Source: Alphaproteobacteria bacterium (GTDB taxonomy: Bacteria; Pseudomonadota; Alphaproteobacteria; UBA828). Taken from it: a stretch of DNA of 64,000 nt. Of this stretch, positions 19,847 through 30,234 are shown one piece after another. The first letter of the stretch is position 1. Each line of letters begins with the position of its first letter. Both the position numbers and the translations under genes were made by a program. The notes beneath the pieces were generated by a model. The model searched no databases. It was not told the DNA's origin and saw only the letters and a list, made by a program, of their open reading frames with translations. The stretch lies in NCBI GenBank assembly GCA_965237415.1, contig CBDEFM010000002.1, positions 3,904,001 through 3,968,000 of the forward strand, written 5' to 3'.

Positions 19847-20551
19847 CTACCCGCCGAGGAACGAGCGCCGCACTTCGGGATCGGAGAGGAGCGCCGCGCC
19901 GGTATCCGTGTGGCGGTTCTCGCCGGTGACGAGCACATAGCCCCGATCGGCGATGGAGAGCGCCTGGGCGGCGTTCTGCTCGACCATGAGGATGGCGATG
20001 CCGGTCGCGCGAATTTCCAGGATACGGTCGAAGAGATCGTCCATGACCACGGGCGAGACGCCGGCGGTGGGCTCGTCCAGCATGAGCAGCCGGGGTTCGG
20101 TCATCAGCGCCCGGCCGATCGCCACCTGCTGACGCTGGCCGCCCGAGAGCTCGCCGGCAAGCTGGCGCCGCCTCTCCTTCAGGATCGGGAAGAGGTCGAA
20201 GACCAGCGCCATGGTGTCGGCGACGCCGTCGTGGCGAATGTAGGCGCCCATCTCCAGGTTTTCCTGGACGGTCATGGTGGTGAAGACGTTGCGCTCCTGC
20301 GGCACGAACCCCATGCCCTTGCGCACGCGCTCCTGCGGGCTGAGCCGGGTGATGTCCTCGCCGTCGAGCCGGATCGCACCCTCCCGCAGCATGACCATGC
20401 CGAAGATCGCCTTCATGGCGGTCGACTTGCCGGCGCCGTTGGGGCCCACGATGACCGCGACCTCGCCCTGTTCGGCCTCGATCGTGCAGCCGCGAATGAT
20501 GTCCGCACCGCCGTAGCCGCCGGTCATCCCTTCGCCGGCAAGAAAGCTCAT
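19847..20551 (-). CDS. Branched-chain amino acid ABC ATPase (LivF-like)
   Basis: GPNGAGKST, LSGGQRQ, LDEPT, VEQN. Confidence 0.93.
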   Translation of the reverse strand: MSFLAGEGMTGGYGGADIIRGCTIEAEQGEVAVIVGPNGAGKSTAMKAIFGMVMLREGAIRLDGEDITRLSPQERVRKGMGFVPQERNVFTTMTVQENLEMGAYIRHDGVADTMALVFDLFPILKERRRQLAGELSGGQRQQVAIGRALMTEPRLLMLDEPTAGVSPVVMDDLFDRILEIRATGIAILMVEQNAAQALSIADRGYVLVTGENRHTDTGAALLSDPEVRRSFLGG

Positions 20552-21387
20552 GACACGCCGAGGCCGCGTCTCCGGCCGTGTCCAAGGTAAGAGTCGATCA
20601 CCCGATGATCCGCCTTGACCTCGTCCGGGGAGCCCTGGGTCAACACCTTGCCTTCGGCCATGACGATGACCGGCTGGCAGAGGCGCGAAATGAAGTCGAT
20701 GTCGTGCTCGATCATGCAGAAGGTGTAGCCGCGCTCCCGATTGAGGCGGAGGATGGCGTCGCCGATGCTTCGCAGCAGGGTGCGGTTGACGCCGGCGCCC
20801 ACCTCGTCGAGGAAGACGATCCTGGGCTCGGTCATCATCGTCCGTCCGAGTTCCAGAAGCTTCTTCTGCCCGCCGGAAAGGGCGCCTGCGCGCTCGCTCG
20901 CGACCTCGTCCAGGCCGAGGAAGTGGATGACGTCCGCCGCCCGGGCGCGGAGCTCCGCCTCTTGCGCGCGCACCCTGCCGCGGCGGAACCAGGCACTGAC
21001 CAGCTCCTCCCCGGCCTGCCCGGCAGGCACCGTCGTCAGGTTCTCGGCGACGGTGAGGCTCGAGAATTCGTGGGCGATCTGGAATGTGCGCAACACGCCC
21101 CGGTGGAAGAGCCGGTGCGGCTTCAGCCCGGTGATGTCCTCGTCCTGCAGGAAGACCCGGCCCTCGGAGGGCTGATAGACGCCGGCGATGACGTTGAAGA
21201 GGGTGGTCTTGCCGGCCCCATTGGGGCCGATCAGGCCGGTGATCGATCCCTCCGCGATCTCCAGGCTGACCCCGTCGACGGCGCGGATGCCGCCGAAATG
21301 CAGGTGAACATTCTCGACCCGGATCATGGCAGGCGCGGCGTCCGCGCCGCCTGCCGGGGCAGGGGATGCGGCCGGCGGCCCGGTCAT
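20548..21387 (-). CDS. Branched-chain amino acid ABC ATPase (LivG-like)
   Basis: GPNGAGKTT, RTFQ, LSGGQKKLLE, IEHD, VIDSYLG. Confidence 0.93.
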   Translation of the reverse strand: MTGPPAASPAPAGGADAAPAMIRVENVHLHFGGIRAVDGVSLEIAEGSITGLIGPNGAGKTTLFNVIAGVYQPSEGRVFLQDEDITGLKPHRLFHRGVLRTFQIAHEFSSLTVAENLTTVPAGQAGEELVSAWFRRGRVRAQEAELRARAADVIHFLGLDEVASERAGALSGGQKKLLELGRTMMTEPRIVFLDEVGAGVNRTLLRSIGDAILRLNRERGYTFCMIEHDIDFISRLCQPVIVMAEGKVLTQGSPDEVKADHRVIDSYLGHGRRRGLGVS

Positions 21388-21420
21388 CGCTGCCCGAGCC
21401 GCCGTCCCTGGTGCGCTAAC

Positions 21421-22629
21421 TTAACGGATGGCCTTGGTCACGAACTCACCACCCTCGACCTCAAGCTCCTTGTAGGACCCCGCAGCCTCGCCCACATCGG
21501 TGAACTCGACGCCGCTCGCCCCGACATAGTCGATCTCCCCGCCGTCGGCGAGGATCTGCAGTCCCTTGGCCAGCTCGCCCGGCAGGATCTGCTCGCCCGG
21601 TGCGTTGGCGACGGCCATGACGTGCGCCTGGATGGCGCCGCGATCGGCCGAGCCTGCGGCCTGCATGGCGAGCGCGATGAGCGCCGCGGCATCGTAAGAC
21701 TCACCACGGAACGGACCATCGCCTTCCACTCCGTTGGCGGCGGCATGATCGAGGAACATCTGGGCGCCCTCGGATGCGGAGCCCGGCACCGTGCCGATCG
21801 TGCCGTTCAGCGCGTCGCCGATTGCCTCGATCAGCGTGTCTCCGATCATGCCGTCGGCGATGACGAAGTTCTCGAAGGCGCCGGTGTCGACGGCCGTCTG
21901 GATGATCCCCTTGCCGCCCTGGTCGACATAGCCGAAGACGACCAGGTGTTCGGCACCCGAAGCGGCGAGTGCGCCCACCTCGGCCGAGTAGTCGCCCTTG
22001 CCGTCCTCGTGGGCCGCCGAGATTTCGACGGTGCCGCCGAGGGCGGTGAAGGCGTCGCTGAAGCTGCCGTCGAGCCCCTTGCCGTAGTCGTTGTTCGTGT
22101 AGGTGACAGCGACGCTGTCGATGCCGCGCTCGATCAGGATTTCGGCCATCACCTGCCCCTGCCTGGCATCGGAGGGCGCGGTGCGGAAGAAGAGGCCGTT
22201 GTCCTCGATCGTGGTGAGTGCCGGCGAGGTCGCCGACGGCGAGATGGTGACCACGCCATTCGGCACCGAGACGTTGTTGGTGATGGCGATGGTGACGCCG
22301 GAACAGTCGGCGCCGAAGATCGCGGCGACCCCTTCGGCGGTGACCAGACGCTCCGCTGCGGCCGTGGCTGCGGCCGCGTCGATGCAGGTCGAATCGCCCC
22401 TGACCGGCACAAGCACCTTGCCGCCCAGGAAGGCGCCGGAGTCCGATGCTTCCTTCAAGGCCAGCTCCGCCGAAGCCCCCATGGCGGGCGTCAACGACTC
22501 GATCGGGCCGGTAAAGCCGAGGATGACCCCGACCTTCACCTCGTGGCCGTCGGCCTTGGCCTCCGGCGCCATTCCAAGACACAGCGCGGCGGCAGCCGCG
22601 ACGAATGCAACCCACCGTATTCTGCTCAT
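21421..22629 (-). CDS. Branched-chain amino acid ABC substrate-binding protein
   Basis: Signal peptide; GFTGP, GADCSG, ISPSATSPALT, FRTAPSD, YDA. Confidence 0.92.
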   Translation of the reverse strand: MSRIRWVAFVAAAAALCLGMAPEAKADGHEVKVGVILGFTGPIESLTPAMGASAELALKEASDSGAFLGGKVLVPVRGDSTCIDAAAATAAAERLVTAEGVAAIFGADCSGVTIAITNNVSVPNGVVTISPSATSPALTTIEDNGLFFRTAPSDARQGQVMAEILIERGIDSVAVTYTNNDYGKGLDGSFSDAFTALGGTVEISAAHEDGKGDYSAEVGALAASGAEHLVVFGYVDQGGKGIIQTAVDTGAFENFVIADGMIGDTLIEAIGDALNGTIGTVPGSASEGAQMFLDHAAANGVEGDGPFRGESYDAAALIALAMQAAGSADRGAIQAHVMAVANAPGEQILPGELAKGLQILADGGEIDYVGASGVEFTDVGEAAGSYKELEVEGGEFVTKAIR

Positions 22630-22846
22630 GATGCGTGCCTCCCTGTCCTCGGGTCGCGACCGCACGCCCCAACGATGTCCCGGCGCGCCGGCCGGTTGGC
22701 CAATCATAGCGCGGTTCGCACCGCGATTCGAAGAGATTGGGGCCGCCGCTTCCATTCCGATAGGCGTTGGCGACGGTCTGCGCGTTGACGGGTGGCGGGG
22801 CAGGGACTATCTCTCAGGCCAAGTGGCGCATCAGACGGATGACGCG

Positions 22847-24781
22847 ATGGTGGACGTGCAGACCGAGCGGCCGACCACGTCCGTCACGGACGATGCCGCG
22901 GCGCTTGCCGACCCGGGAGTCTCGCTCGAGCGCGGAGTCGCGGCGCTGCGCAAGGCGCTGACGACCATGCCGGCGAGCGCGGGCGTCTATTGCATGCGCG
23001 ACCGGCACGAGAAGCCGCTCTATGTGGGCAAGGCCAAGAGCCTGAAGAAGCGGGTCGCGACCTACGTCAACGTCCGCACGCTGCCCGTCCGCCTGCAGCG
23101 CATGATAGCGGGCACGACATCGGTCGAGGTGATCACGACGGAGAGCGAAGTCGAGGCGCTCCTGCTCGAGAGCAACATGATCAAGCGGCTCAAGCCGCAC
23201 TACAACATCCTGCTGCGAGACGACAAATCGTTCCCATACATTCTGCTTCGCCGGGGCCATCGCTGGCCGCAGATCACGAAGTACCGCGGCGCCAAGAGCG
23301 GGCAGGGCGACTACTTCGGCCCATTCGCGTCCGCCGGCGCCGTGGACCTCACGATCAACGCGCTCCAGCGCGCGTTCCCGCTGCGCTCGTGCTCGGATTC
23401 GGTGCTGGAGAGCCGCACCCGGCCCTGCCTGCAGTATCAGATCAAGCGCTGCACCGCGCCCTGCGTCGGCCGGATCGGCAAGGCCGACTACGACGGGCTG
23501 GTGGAGGAGGCGCGGGCCTTCCTTGCCGGGCGGAGCCGGCAGGTCCAGCGCCGCCTCACCGATCGCATGACAGCGGCGAGCGACGCGCTGGAGTTCGAGA
23601 CGGCCGCAGCCTATCGCGACCGCATCAAGGCGCTCGCCCATATTCAGATGCGCCAAGGCATCAACCTGCCCTCCATGGGCGATGCCGATGTCGTCGCCAT
23701 CCACGACGAGGCGGGCCAGGCCTGCGTGCAGGTCTTCTTCTTCCGCTCGGGCCAGAACTACGGCAATCGGGCGTTCTTTCCGCGCCACGGGGCCGACGAC
23801 ACGCCCGAGGCGATCCTCCGCGCCTTCATCGGGCAATTCTACAGTGGGCGGGAGGCGCCACCCCTCGTTCTGGTGAACCGGCCGTTGGAGGAGGCGCCGC
23901 TGCTCGCCGAGGCGCTCACGCTCAAGGCGGGGCGGCGGGTCAAGCTCCATCGCCCCCTACGCGGCGCGAAGCGCAAGCTGCTGGAGGATGCCGAGCGCAA
24001 CGCGCGGGAGGCGCTCGCACGCAGGCTCGGCGAGAGCACGGCGCAGCGGCGTTTGCTGGAGAGCCTGGCCCAGCGCTTCGAGTTGGAGGGCGCGCCGGAC
24101 CGGGTCGAGGTCTACGACAACAGCCACATCTCGGGCACCGATGCGGTCGGCAGCATGATCGTCGCGGGGCCGGAAGGCTACATCAAGAGCGCCTATCGCA
24201 AGTTCACGATCCGCTCGACGGCGGCATACGACTCGGCCTCGCCTGGCGACGACTACGCCATGATGCGGGAGGTGCTGACCCGGCGCTTTTCCCGCCTTAT
24301 CAAGGAAGACCCCGGGCGTTCCGGCGAGTCGTGGCCCGACCTGGTGCTGATCGATGGCGGCGCCGGTCAGCTTGGCGAGGCGCGCCGGGTGTTCGCCGAT
24401 CTCGGCATTGCCGATCTCGCGGTCGCGGCGATCGCCAAGGGGCCGGAACGCAACGCCGGGCGCGAGCGCGTCTTCCTGCCCGACCGGCCGCCGGTCGCTC
24501 TCGGCGCGCGCGATCCGCTGCTCTACTTCCTGCAGCGCCTGCGGGACGAGGCGCATCGGTTTGCTATCGGCACCCACAGGGCCAAGCGGGCCAAGGCGCG
24601 CGCCCGCTCGGCGCTCGACGAGATTCCGGGCGTCGGCCCCCGGCGCAAGAAGGCGCTGCTCCACCGCTTCGGCTCGGCGCGGGGGGTGAGCCAGGCGGGA
24701 CTCGCCGATCTTGAGACCGTCGACGGCATATCGAGCGCGGTCGCGCGCGCGATCCATGACCATTTCCGTGCCGATGGCTGA
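22847..24781 (+). CDS. uvrC: Excinuclease ABC subunit C
   Basis: GVY.M..LYVGKAKSLKKRV (GIY-YIG), LRDDKSFPY, YDNSH, LIDGG.GQ, RDEAHRFA, HhH; start approximate. Confidence 0.97.
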   Translation: MVDVQTERPTTSVTDDAAALADPGVSLERGVAALRKALTTMPASAGVYCMRDRHEKPLYVGKAKSLKKRVATYVNVRTLPVRLQRMIAGTTSVEVITTESEVEALLLESNMIKRLKPHYNILLRDDKSFPYILLRRGHRWPQITKYRGAKSGQGDYFGPFASAGAVDLTINALQRAFPLRSCSDSVLESRTRPCLQYQIKRCTAPCVGRIGKADYDGLVEEARAFLAGRSRQVQRRLTDRMTAASDALEFETAAAYRDRIKALAHIQMRQGINLPSMGDADVVAIHDEAGQACVQVFFFRSGQNYGNRAFFPRHGADDTPEAILRAFIGQFYSGREAPPLVLVNRPLEEAPLLAEALTLKAGRRVKLHRPLRGAKRKLLEDAERNAREALARRLGESTAQRRLLESLAQRFELEGAPDRVEVYDNSHISGTDAVGSMIVAGPEGYIKSAYRKFTIRSTAAYDSASPGDDYAMMREVLTRRFSRLIKEDPGRSGESWPDLVLIDGGAGQLGEARRVFADLGIADLAVAAIAKGPERNAGRERVFLPDRPPVALGARDPLLYFLQRLRDEAHRFAIGTHRAKRAKARARSALDEIPGVGPRRKKALLHRFGSARGVSQAGLADLETVDGISSAVARAIHDHFRADG

Positions 24782-25406
24782 CGGCTCCGAGGCCCGGAAG
24801 CCCGTGGCAGAGGACGACCCGCTGCGCGTGGCGAGCTGGCCCAATGCCGTCACGGGGCTTCGCATCGTCATGGTTCCCGTCCTTGTCGGCGCATTCTTCA
24901 TCGACGGCCGGACCGGGCTTTGGCTGGGGTTTGCGGTCTTCGCGGCCGCGGCCCTCAGCGATTTTTTGGACGGCTGGCTAGCACGGAGGCTCGATCAGCA
25001 CTCGCTGCTGGGGCGGATCCTCGATCCCATCGCCGACAAGCTCCTCGTCGCGGCGGCGCTGGTCATGCTGGCCACCGACGACAGGGCGCCGGTGATCGCC
25101 GTGGTGGCGATCCTCGGTCGCGAATTCCTGATTTCGGGGCTCAGGGAGGCTCTGGCCGGCACCGTGGCGCTCCCGGTCCAGACTCTCGCCAAGTGGAAGA
25201 CTGCCGCCCAGATGGGCGCCATCGCCCTGCTGCTGCTCGCCCCCGCCATCGCACCGCTCTTGCCCGGCACCGCTGCGGACGGACTCGCCACCGCCGGCGA
25301 GTGGCTGCTATGGCTCGCAGTGGTGCTGACCTGGGGCAGCGCAATCGGCTATGTTCGGGACGCCGTGCGTGGCCTTCGCGCTGCACGGTCGCGTGAGGAG
25401 GAATAA
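24774..25406 (+). CDS. pgsA: CDP-diacylglycerol--glycerol-3-phosphate phosphatidyltransferase
   Basis: PNAVT, SDFLDGWLAR...G.ILDPIADKL, GREFLISGLRE; follows uvrC. Confidence 0.93.
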   Translation: MADGSEARKPVAEDDPLRVASWPNAVTGLRIVMVPVLVGAFFIDGRTGLWLGFAVFAAAALSDFLDGWLARRLDQHSLLGRILDPIADKLLVAAALVMLATDDRAPVIAVVAILGREFLISGLREALAGTVALPVQTLAKWKTAAQMGAIALLLLAPAIAPLLPGTAADGLATAGEWLLWLAVVLTWGSAIGYVRDAVRGLRAARSREEE

Positions 25407-25955
25407 GTGCAACGCTTCGGGGTCACGGGATTGAGCGACAGCGGCAAGACCACGCTGGTCTGCCGGCTGCTGCCGCGGCTACGCGAGCGTGGCTTGCGCG
25501 TGGCGACCGTGAAGCATGCGCACCATGGCTTCGACTTACTGCCCGAGGGGCATCCGGCCCACGCGTGGCGTGCCGCCGGTGCCCGCGACATCGTGCTGGC
25601 GGCGCCCGACCGCATCGCCCATCTCTGCGAGACGGGCGATGACGGCGAGCCGCCGCTGGATCGGCTGCTTGAGCGCGTAGAGCCCGCCGACCTCGTGTTG
25701 ATCGAGGGATACAAGCGCGGCGGCCACGACAAGATCGAGGTGCGGCGAGGCGCGCGCGAGGGTCCGCTCCTCGCTGCATCGGATTCGACCGTCGTCGCCA
25801 TTGCCAGCGACCGGCCGGTGCCGGAAGCGGCCTCGCTCCAGCATCCGGTGCCGGTATTCGAAATCGACGACGTGGCGGCGATTGCGTCGTTCGTGGTGAC
25901 GCATTGCGCCGCTGCCGACAACGATGACTCGGTGTCGATCAATGGCACAGCTTAG
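25407..25955 (+). CDS. mobB: Molybdopterin-guanine dinucleotide biosynthesis protein B
   Basis: GLSDSGKTT, VKHAHHGFD, DLVLIEGYK. Confidence 0.9.
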   Translation: MQRFGVTGLSDSGKTTLVCRLLPRLRERGLRVATVKHAHHGFDLLPEGHPAHAWRAAGARDIVLAAPDRIAHLCETGDDGEPPLDRLLERVEPADLVLIEGYKRGGHDKIEVRRGAREGPLLAASDSTVVAIASDRPVPEAASLQHPVPVFEIDDVAAIASFVVTHCAAADNDDSVSINGTA

Positions 25956-27198
25956 CGACGACTGCTTCGCCTTCGGCGGTGCCCTGACCCCGGCGGCGGA
26001 AGCGCTGGCCCAGCTTGAGAGCGTCGTCCATCCCATCGCCGAGACCGAGACGGTCGACCTGCGCGCGGCGAACGGGCGCATCCTGGCGGAGACCGTGATC
26101 TCGGAACGTGCCGTGCCGCCGCACGACAACGCCGCCGTGGACGGCTATGCCGTCTTCTTCGACGACCTCGATGCCGCAGAGGACACGCGGCTGCCCTGCA
26201 CCGGGCGGGCTGCCGCCGGGCACCCGCTCGGGCGCCCGGCCGTGCGCGGCGAGGCGATCCGCGTCTTCACCGGCGCCCCGATGCCGCCCGGCCCCGACAC
26301 CGTGCTCATGCAGGAGGACTGCCGCGCAGATGGCGACGCCGTCATCGTGCCGCCCGGGATCAAGCGCGGCGCCAATCGGCGGAATGCCGGAGAGGATATC
26401 ACGCCCGGCACGACCATCCTGACCGCCGGCCGGGCTCTCAGGCCGCAGGACATCGGCCTCGCCGCTTCCGTCGGACGCACCGGGCTCGCGGTCTTCCGTC
26501 GGCTGCGGGTGGCGATCTTCTCAACCGGCGACGAGGTCTATGAGCCCGGCGCGGCGCTCGGCGAGGGCGGCATCTACGATTCCAACCGCTACGTCATCGC
26601 CGGCCTCGCGGAGCGGCTCGGCTGCGCCGTCACCGATATGGGCATCCTGCCCGATTCGCTGGGCGTGATTACCGACGCCCTGGCTGCGCGGAGCCACGAT
26701 CACGACCTTCTGCTCACCTCCGGCGGGATGTCGACCGGCGACGAGGATCACGTCAAGGCCGCGGTGGAGGCCCTCGGCCATCTTCACTTCTGGCGCCTCG
26801 CCATTCGGCCGGGGCGGCCCATCGCCCTCGGCCAGGTCGGCCGCGTGCCCTTCATCGGGCTTCCCGGCAACCCGGTAGCCGTCATGGTCACGTTCCTGCG
26901 CTTCGCGCGCCCGTTGATCCTGCGTCTCGGTGGCTGCACCGAGGTGGAGCCTGCGCACTATCGGGTGGCGGCGGGTTTCGACTACCGGAAGAAGAAGGGG
27001 AGGCGCGAATGGCTGCGCGCCCGTTTGTCCACACGGCCGGACGGCACCCTCGCGGCGGAAAAATTCGCCCGTGACGGTGCCGGGATCCTCACGTCGGCGG
27101 TCTTCGCCGACGGCCTGATCGAGCTGCCAGAAGACCTCACCACGCTCAGCGTGGGCACGATGGTCGACTTTCTTCCGTTCAACGAGATGTACCGATGA
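25942..27198 (+). CDS. moeA: Molybdopterin molybdotransferase
   Basis: NAAVDGYA, FTGAPMP, STGDE, SGGMSTGDED, RPGRP, GLPGNP. Confidence 0.95.
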   Translation: MAQLSDDCFAFGGALTPAAEALAQLESVVHPIAETETVDLRAANGRILAETVISERAVPPHDNAAVDGYAVFFDDLDAAEDTRLPCTGRAAAGHPLGRPAVRGEAIRVFTGAPMPPGPDTVLMQEDCRADGDAVIVPPGIKRGANRRNAGEDITPGTTILTAGRALRPQDIGLAASVGRTGLAVFRRLRVAIFSTGDEVYEPGAALGEGGIYDSNRYVIAGLAERLGCAVTDMGILPDSLGVITDALAARSHDHDLLLTSGGMSTGDEDHVKAAVEALGHLHFWRLAIRPGRPIALGQVGRVPFIGLPGNPVAVMVTFLRFARPLILRLGGCTEVEPAHYRVAAGFDYRKKKGRREWLRARLSTRPDGTLAAEKFARDGAGILTSAVFADGLIELPEDLTTLSVGTMVDFLPFNEMYR

Positions 27199-27455
27199 CG
27201 CTGCTCTATTTCGCCTGGGTCAGGGAGCAGATCGGCCGCGATGCCGAGGAGATCGCGCTCCCCTCGGACGTTCAGACGGTGGCGGCGCTGCTCGACTGGC
27301 TGCGGAGCCGCGGCGGCGGCTATGCCAGCGCGCTCAATGACCTCTCGGTGATCCGGGTCGCGGTAAATCAGGAATTCGCGGCACCCGACCATGCGGTCGC
27401 CGATGGCGACGAAATCGCGCTCTTCCCGCCGGTGACCGGTGGAGCCCCGTCGTGA
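27195..27455 (+). CDS. moaD: Molybdopterin synthase small subunit
   Basis: LYFAWVRE, AVNQ, DEIALFPPVTGG; in-frame APS extension after the GG. Confidence 0.93.
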   Translation: MTLLYFAWVREQIGRDAEEIALPSDVQTVAALLDWLRSRGGGYASALNDLSVIRVAVNQEFAAPDHAVADGDEIALFPPVTGGAPS

Positions 27456-27910
27456 TTCGCGTCCAGCGCGAGGACTTCGATATCGGTGCCGAAATCGAGG
27501 CGCTCACGGGCGGCAACAACGAGATCGGCGCCGTCGCGTCGTTCGTCGGCATCACCCGTGCCGACGCGGGCGCCGGCCCGGCGATCAAGGCGATGACGCT
27601 GGAGCACTATCCGGCGATGACCGAGAAGCAGCTCGCGGACATCGAGGCCGAGGCGTGTCAGCGCTGGGACCTGACCGCCTCGCTGATCATCCACCGCTAC
27701 GGACGGCTCGAGCCCGGCGATCGGATCGTGCTGGTGGTGACCGCTGCCTCTCACCGCCGCGCCGCGCTCGATGCCTGCGCCTTCCTCATCGACTGGCTCA
27801 AGACCAAGGCGCCGTTCTGGAAGCGCGAGGAAACCGCCGACGGCCCGCGCTGGGTCGCTGCGCGGGCCGCTGACGACCAAGCCGCCTCGCGCTGGCGCGG
27901 CGCGTCGTGA
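27452..27910 (+). CDS. moaE: Molybdopterin synthase catalytic subunit
   Basis: IRVQREDFD, GAVASFVG, LEHYP.MT, HRYG.L, LKTKAPFWKRE. Confidence 0.95.
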   Translation: MIRVQREDFDIGAEIEALTGGNNEIGAVASFVGITRADAGAGPAIKAMTLEHYPAMTEKQLADIEAEACQRWDLTASLIIHRYGRLEPGDRIVLVVTAASHRRAALDACAFLIDWLKTKAPFWKREETADGPRWVAARAADDQAASRWRGAS

Positions 27911-27970
27911 CTGCGCCGCTGCAGCGGCCCCAATTCGTACACCCCCTCGCGAGACGGACAGCACTCTCGT

Positions 27971-28915
27971 ATGCCGGGCGATGAGCGCATTCTCGTCATC
28001 AAGCACGGCGCGCTCGGCGATTGGGTTCTTGCCACCGGGTGTTTCTCGGCGATCCGCCGTCATCACCCGTCCGCGCGCATCACGTTGCTGACGACGCCGG
28101 CATTCGCGGACTGGGGCGCGCGCTGCCCATGGTTCGACGAGGTATGGACGGACGAACGTCGGAGTCTGCTTGCCAAGCCGCTCGCGTGGGCCAAGCTGCG
28201 CCGACGCCTGATCGACGCGGAGTTCGCGCGCGTCTACGACCTCCAGACCTCAGGCCGCACGGGCCTTTACTTCCGGATGCTTCCCCGTCGCCGCCGCCCC
28301 GAATGGTCGGGAGAAGTCGCCGGTTGCTCTCATCCGCACCGCAATCCTCAGTGGGCGTCCAGGCATACGGTCGCGGTTCGGGCCGAGCAGCTCGGCATCG
28401 CGGGGATCGGCGGCGTGCCGCCGCCGACTCTCGACTGGCTGGACGCCGATGTGGGGGAGCTGGCACCGCCCGGAGCCTTTTCGCTGATCGTTCCGGGAGG
28501 ATCGCCGCATCGACCCGAAAAGCGCTGGCCGGCGGAGCATTTCGCCGATCTTGCCAGACGCCTGTCGGAGCGCGGTTGTCCGCCGGTCCTGATCGGCACG
28601 GCTGCCGAGGCGTCGGTCCTGGCCAGCATTTCGCGCGAGGTGCCGGGCGCGATCAATCTCGGCGGGCGCACCAGCCTCGGGCAAGTCGCTGCCGTGGCGC
28701 GGCGCGCGACATGCGCCGTGGGCAACGATACGGGACCCATTCACATCGCGGCCACGGTCGGCTGCCCGACCGTCGCGCTGTTCGGGGCTGCCTCCGACCC
28801 CAAGCGGAGCGCGCCGTGCGGACAAGCCGTTACGACTCTGCGTCGCGTGCCGCTCGCCAGCCTTGCAGTCGATGACGTCATCGACGCCACTCAACGAATA
28901 TCTAATGGCGCCTGA
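27971..28915 (+). CDS. Glycosyltransferase family 9 (heptosyltransferase-like)
   Basis: ILVIKHGALGD, YDLQ, KRWP, GNDTGPIH. Confidence 0.9.
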   Translation: MPGDERILVIKHGALGDWVLATGCFSAIRRHHPSARITLLTTPAFADWGARCPWFDEVWTDERRSLLAKPLAWAKLRRRLIDAEFARVYDLQTSGRTGLYFRMLPRRRRPEWSGEVAGCSHPHRNPQWASRHTVAVRAEQLGIAGIGGVPPPTLDWLDADVGELAPPGAFSLIVPGGSPHRPEKRWPAEHFADLARRLSERGCPPVLIGTAAEASVLASISREVPGAINLGGRTSLGQVAAVARRATCAVGNDTGPIHIAATVGCPTVALFGAASDPKRSAPCGQAVTTLRRVPLASLAVDDVIDATQRISNGA

Positions 28916-28924
28916 CAGCGCCCT

Positions 28925-30184
28925 GTGACTGCCATGTCCCCATCTTCCAAAAGCCCCGGCGGGGAGACCGCAGTGACACGGACCTTGAACAGGCCAAGGG
29001 CGCTTCTGACAGCGATATTCTGCGCGTTCGCCGCGCTTCTGCCGATCGTCAGCGTGATGGCGCCCAAGGGCACGGTGGTGCTCCTGCTGCTCGCAGTACT
29101 CCTCGCCGTCCCGACCTATTGGTGGGCCTACAGGCGACTTCCGGTTCCGGATTTGCGTTTCTCCATTGCTCTCATCCTCCTGGTCGTGTGGTGCGCCATC
29201 GCTTCGGCTTGGAGCGACGACCCGACGCGATCTCTCGTGCTCGCCCTTCGCATCGCAGTGATTTTCGCGGCCGGTATGGTCTTGTTCCCTATCGTGGCTA
29301 CCTTGGATGACGCGGCGAAAAATCGCATTGGCCTGTGGCTCGTCGCCGGGTTCGGTCTGAGCCTAGCCCTCATGGTAGTGGAATTCGGGCTCGACTATCC
29401 GACCATTCGTTCCGTAAAGGAGGTAAGCAGCGGGCGCGAAGCAACCTCTCTCAGTCGTGGTGCGATCGCGCTGTCGTTAATTGTGTGGCCGGTGGTGGCA
29501 TATCTCTGGAGCAAGGGGATTGGCTGGAAAGCGCTCGTCATCCCTGTTTTGCTCGGGATCCTTTCGACTTTTCTTGAAAGCGCGGCGGCGACTCTCGGAT
29601 TCGCTATAGGCTTCGCGACAGTTCTTCTCGTCGCCAGCAATCGCAAAATCGGGCGCTTTCTTACACTTGCGGCTTGTGTCGTAGCGTTCGTCGCACTGCC
29701 CTTCGCAATGCGGGAAATGCACAACCAGGAATGGCAACGGGCCGATTGGCTATCCGGCTCGGAACGGCATCGCGTGGAGATATGGAATTTCTCGTTGGAA
29801 CGAATCGTAGAGAGGCCTGTTCTCGGATGGGGATTCGACGGTTCCCGACATCTCGCAGAGAACTTCTTTGGCGCCGACGAAGCCGGTCGTAGCATATTGC
29901 CGTTGCATCCGCACAACGGGCCGCTGCAGATCATGCTCGAACTGGGTGCCGTCGGTGCCGTTATTGTATTGGCGCTGCTTTGGCTGATTGCGATCCAAAT
30001 GAACAATTTGTCACGCCGAACCCGGGAATGTGGGCAGGCCCTGCTAGTCGCCGCCTTGGCTATCGGGTGCGTGGCCTTTGGTCAGTGGCAGAACTGGTGG
30101 CTCGCGTTAATCTTTTCGGTCGCCCTTTTGGTGCCACTTATGGCCACCCCAGCAGTGCGGAATGGCGCGAGTCAACCACTATAG
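28925..30184 (+). CDS. O-antigen ligase family membrane protein
   Basis: Multiple TM helices; HRVEIW, P.LGWG, LHPHN..LQ..LELG; start uncertain. Confidence 0.85.
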   Translation: MTAMSPSSKSPGGETAVTRTLNRPRALLTAIFCAFAALLPIVSVMAPKGTVVLLLLAVLLAVPTYWWAYRRLPVPDLRFSIALILLVVWCAIASAWSDDPTRSLVLALRIAVIFAAGMVLFPIVATLDDAAKNRIGLWLVAGFGLSLALMVVEFGLDYPTIRSVKEVSSGREATSLSRGAIALSLIVWPVVAYLWSKGIGWKALVIPVLLGILSTFLESAAATLGFAIGFATVLLVASNRKIGRFLTLAACVVAFVALPFAMREMHNQEWQRADWLSGSERHRVEIWNFSLERIVERPVLGWGFDGSRHLAENFFGADEAGRSILPLHPHNGPLQIMLELGAVGAVIVLALLWLIAIQMNNLSRRTRECGQALLVAALAIGCVAFGQWQNWWLALIFSVALLVPLMATPAVRNGASQPL

Positions 30185-30234
30185 GGCCTGCCCGTCAAAT
30201 TGTGCTCGCGCGTTCCCTGACGATCCTGCAGTGT

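Noticed and set aside
22103-22846. N-terminal extension of UvrC
   Set aside because: Overlaps the opposite-strand binding-protein gene; UvrC homology begins only near 22950.
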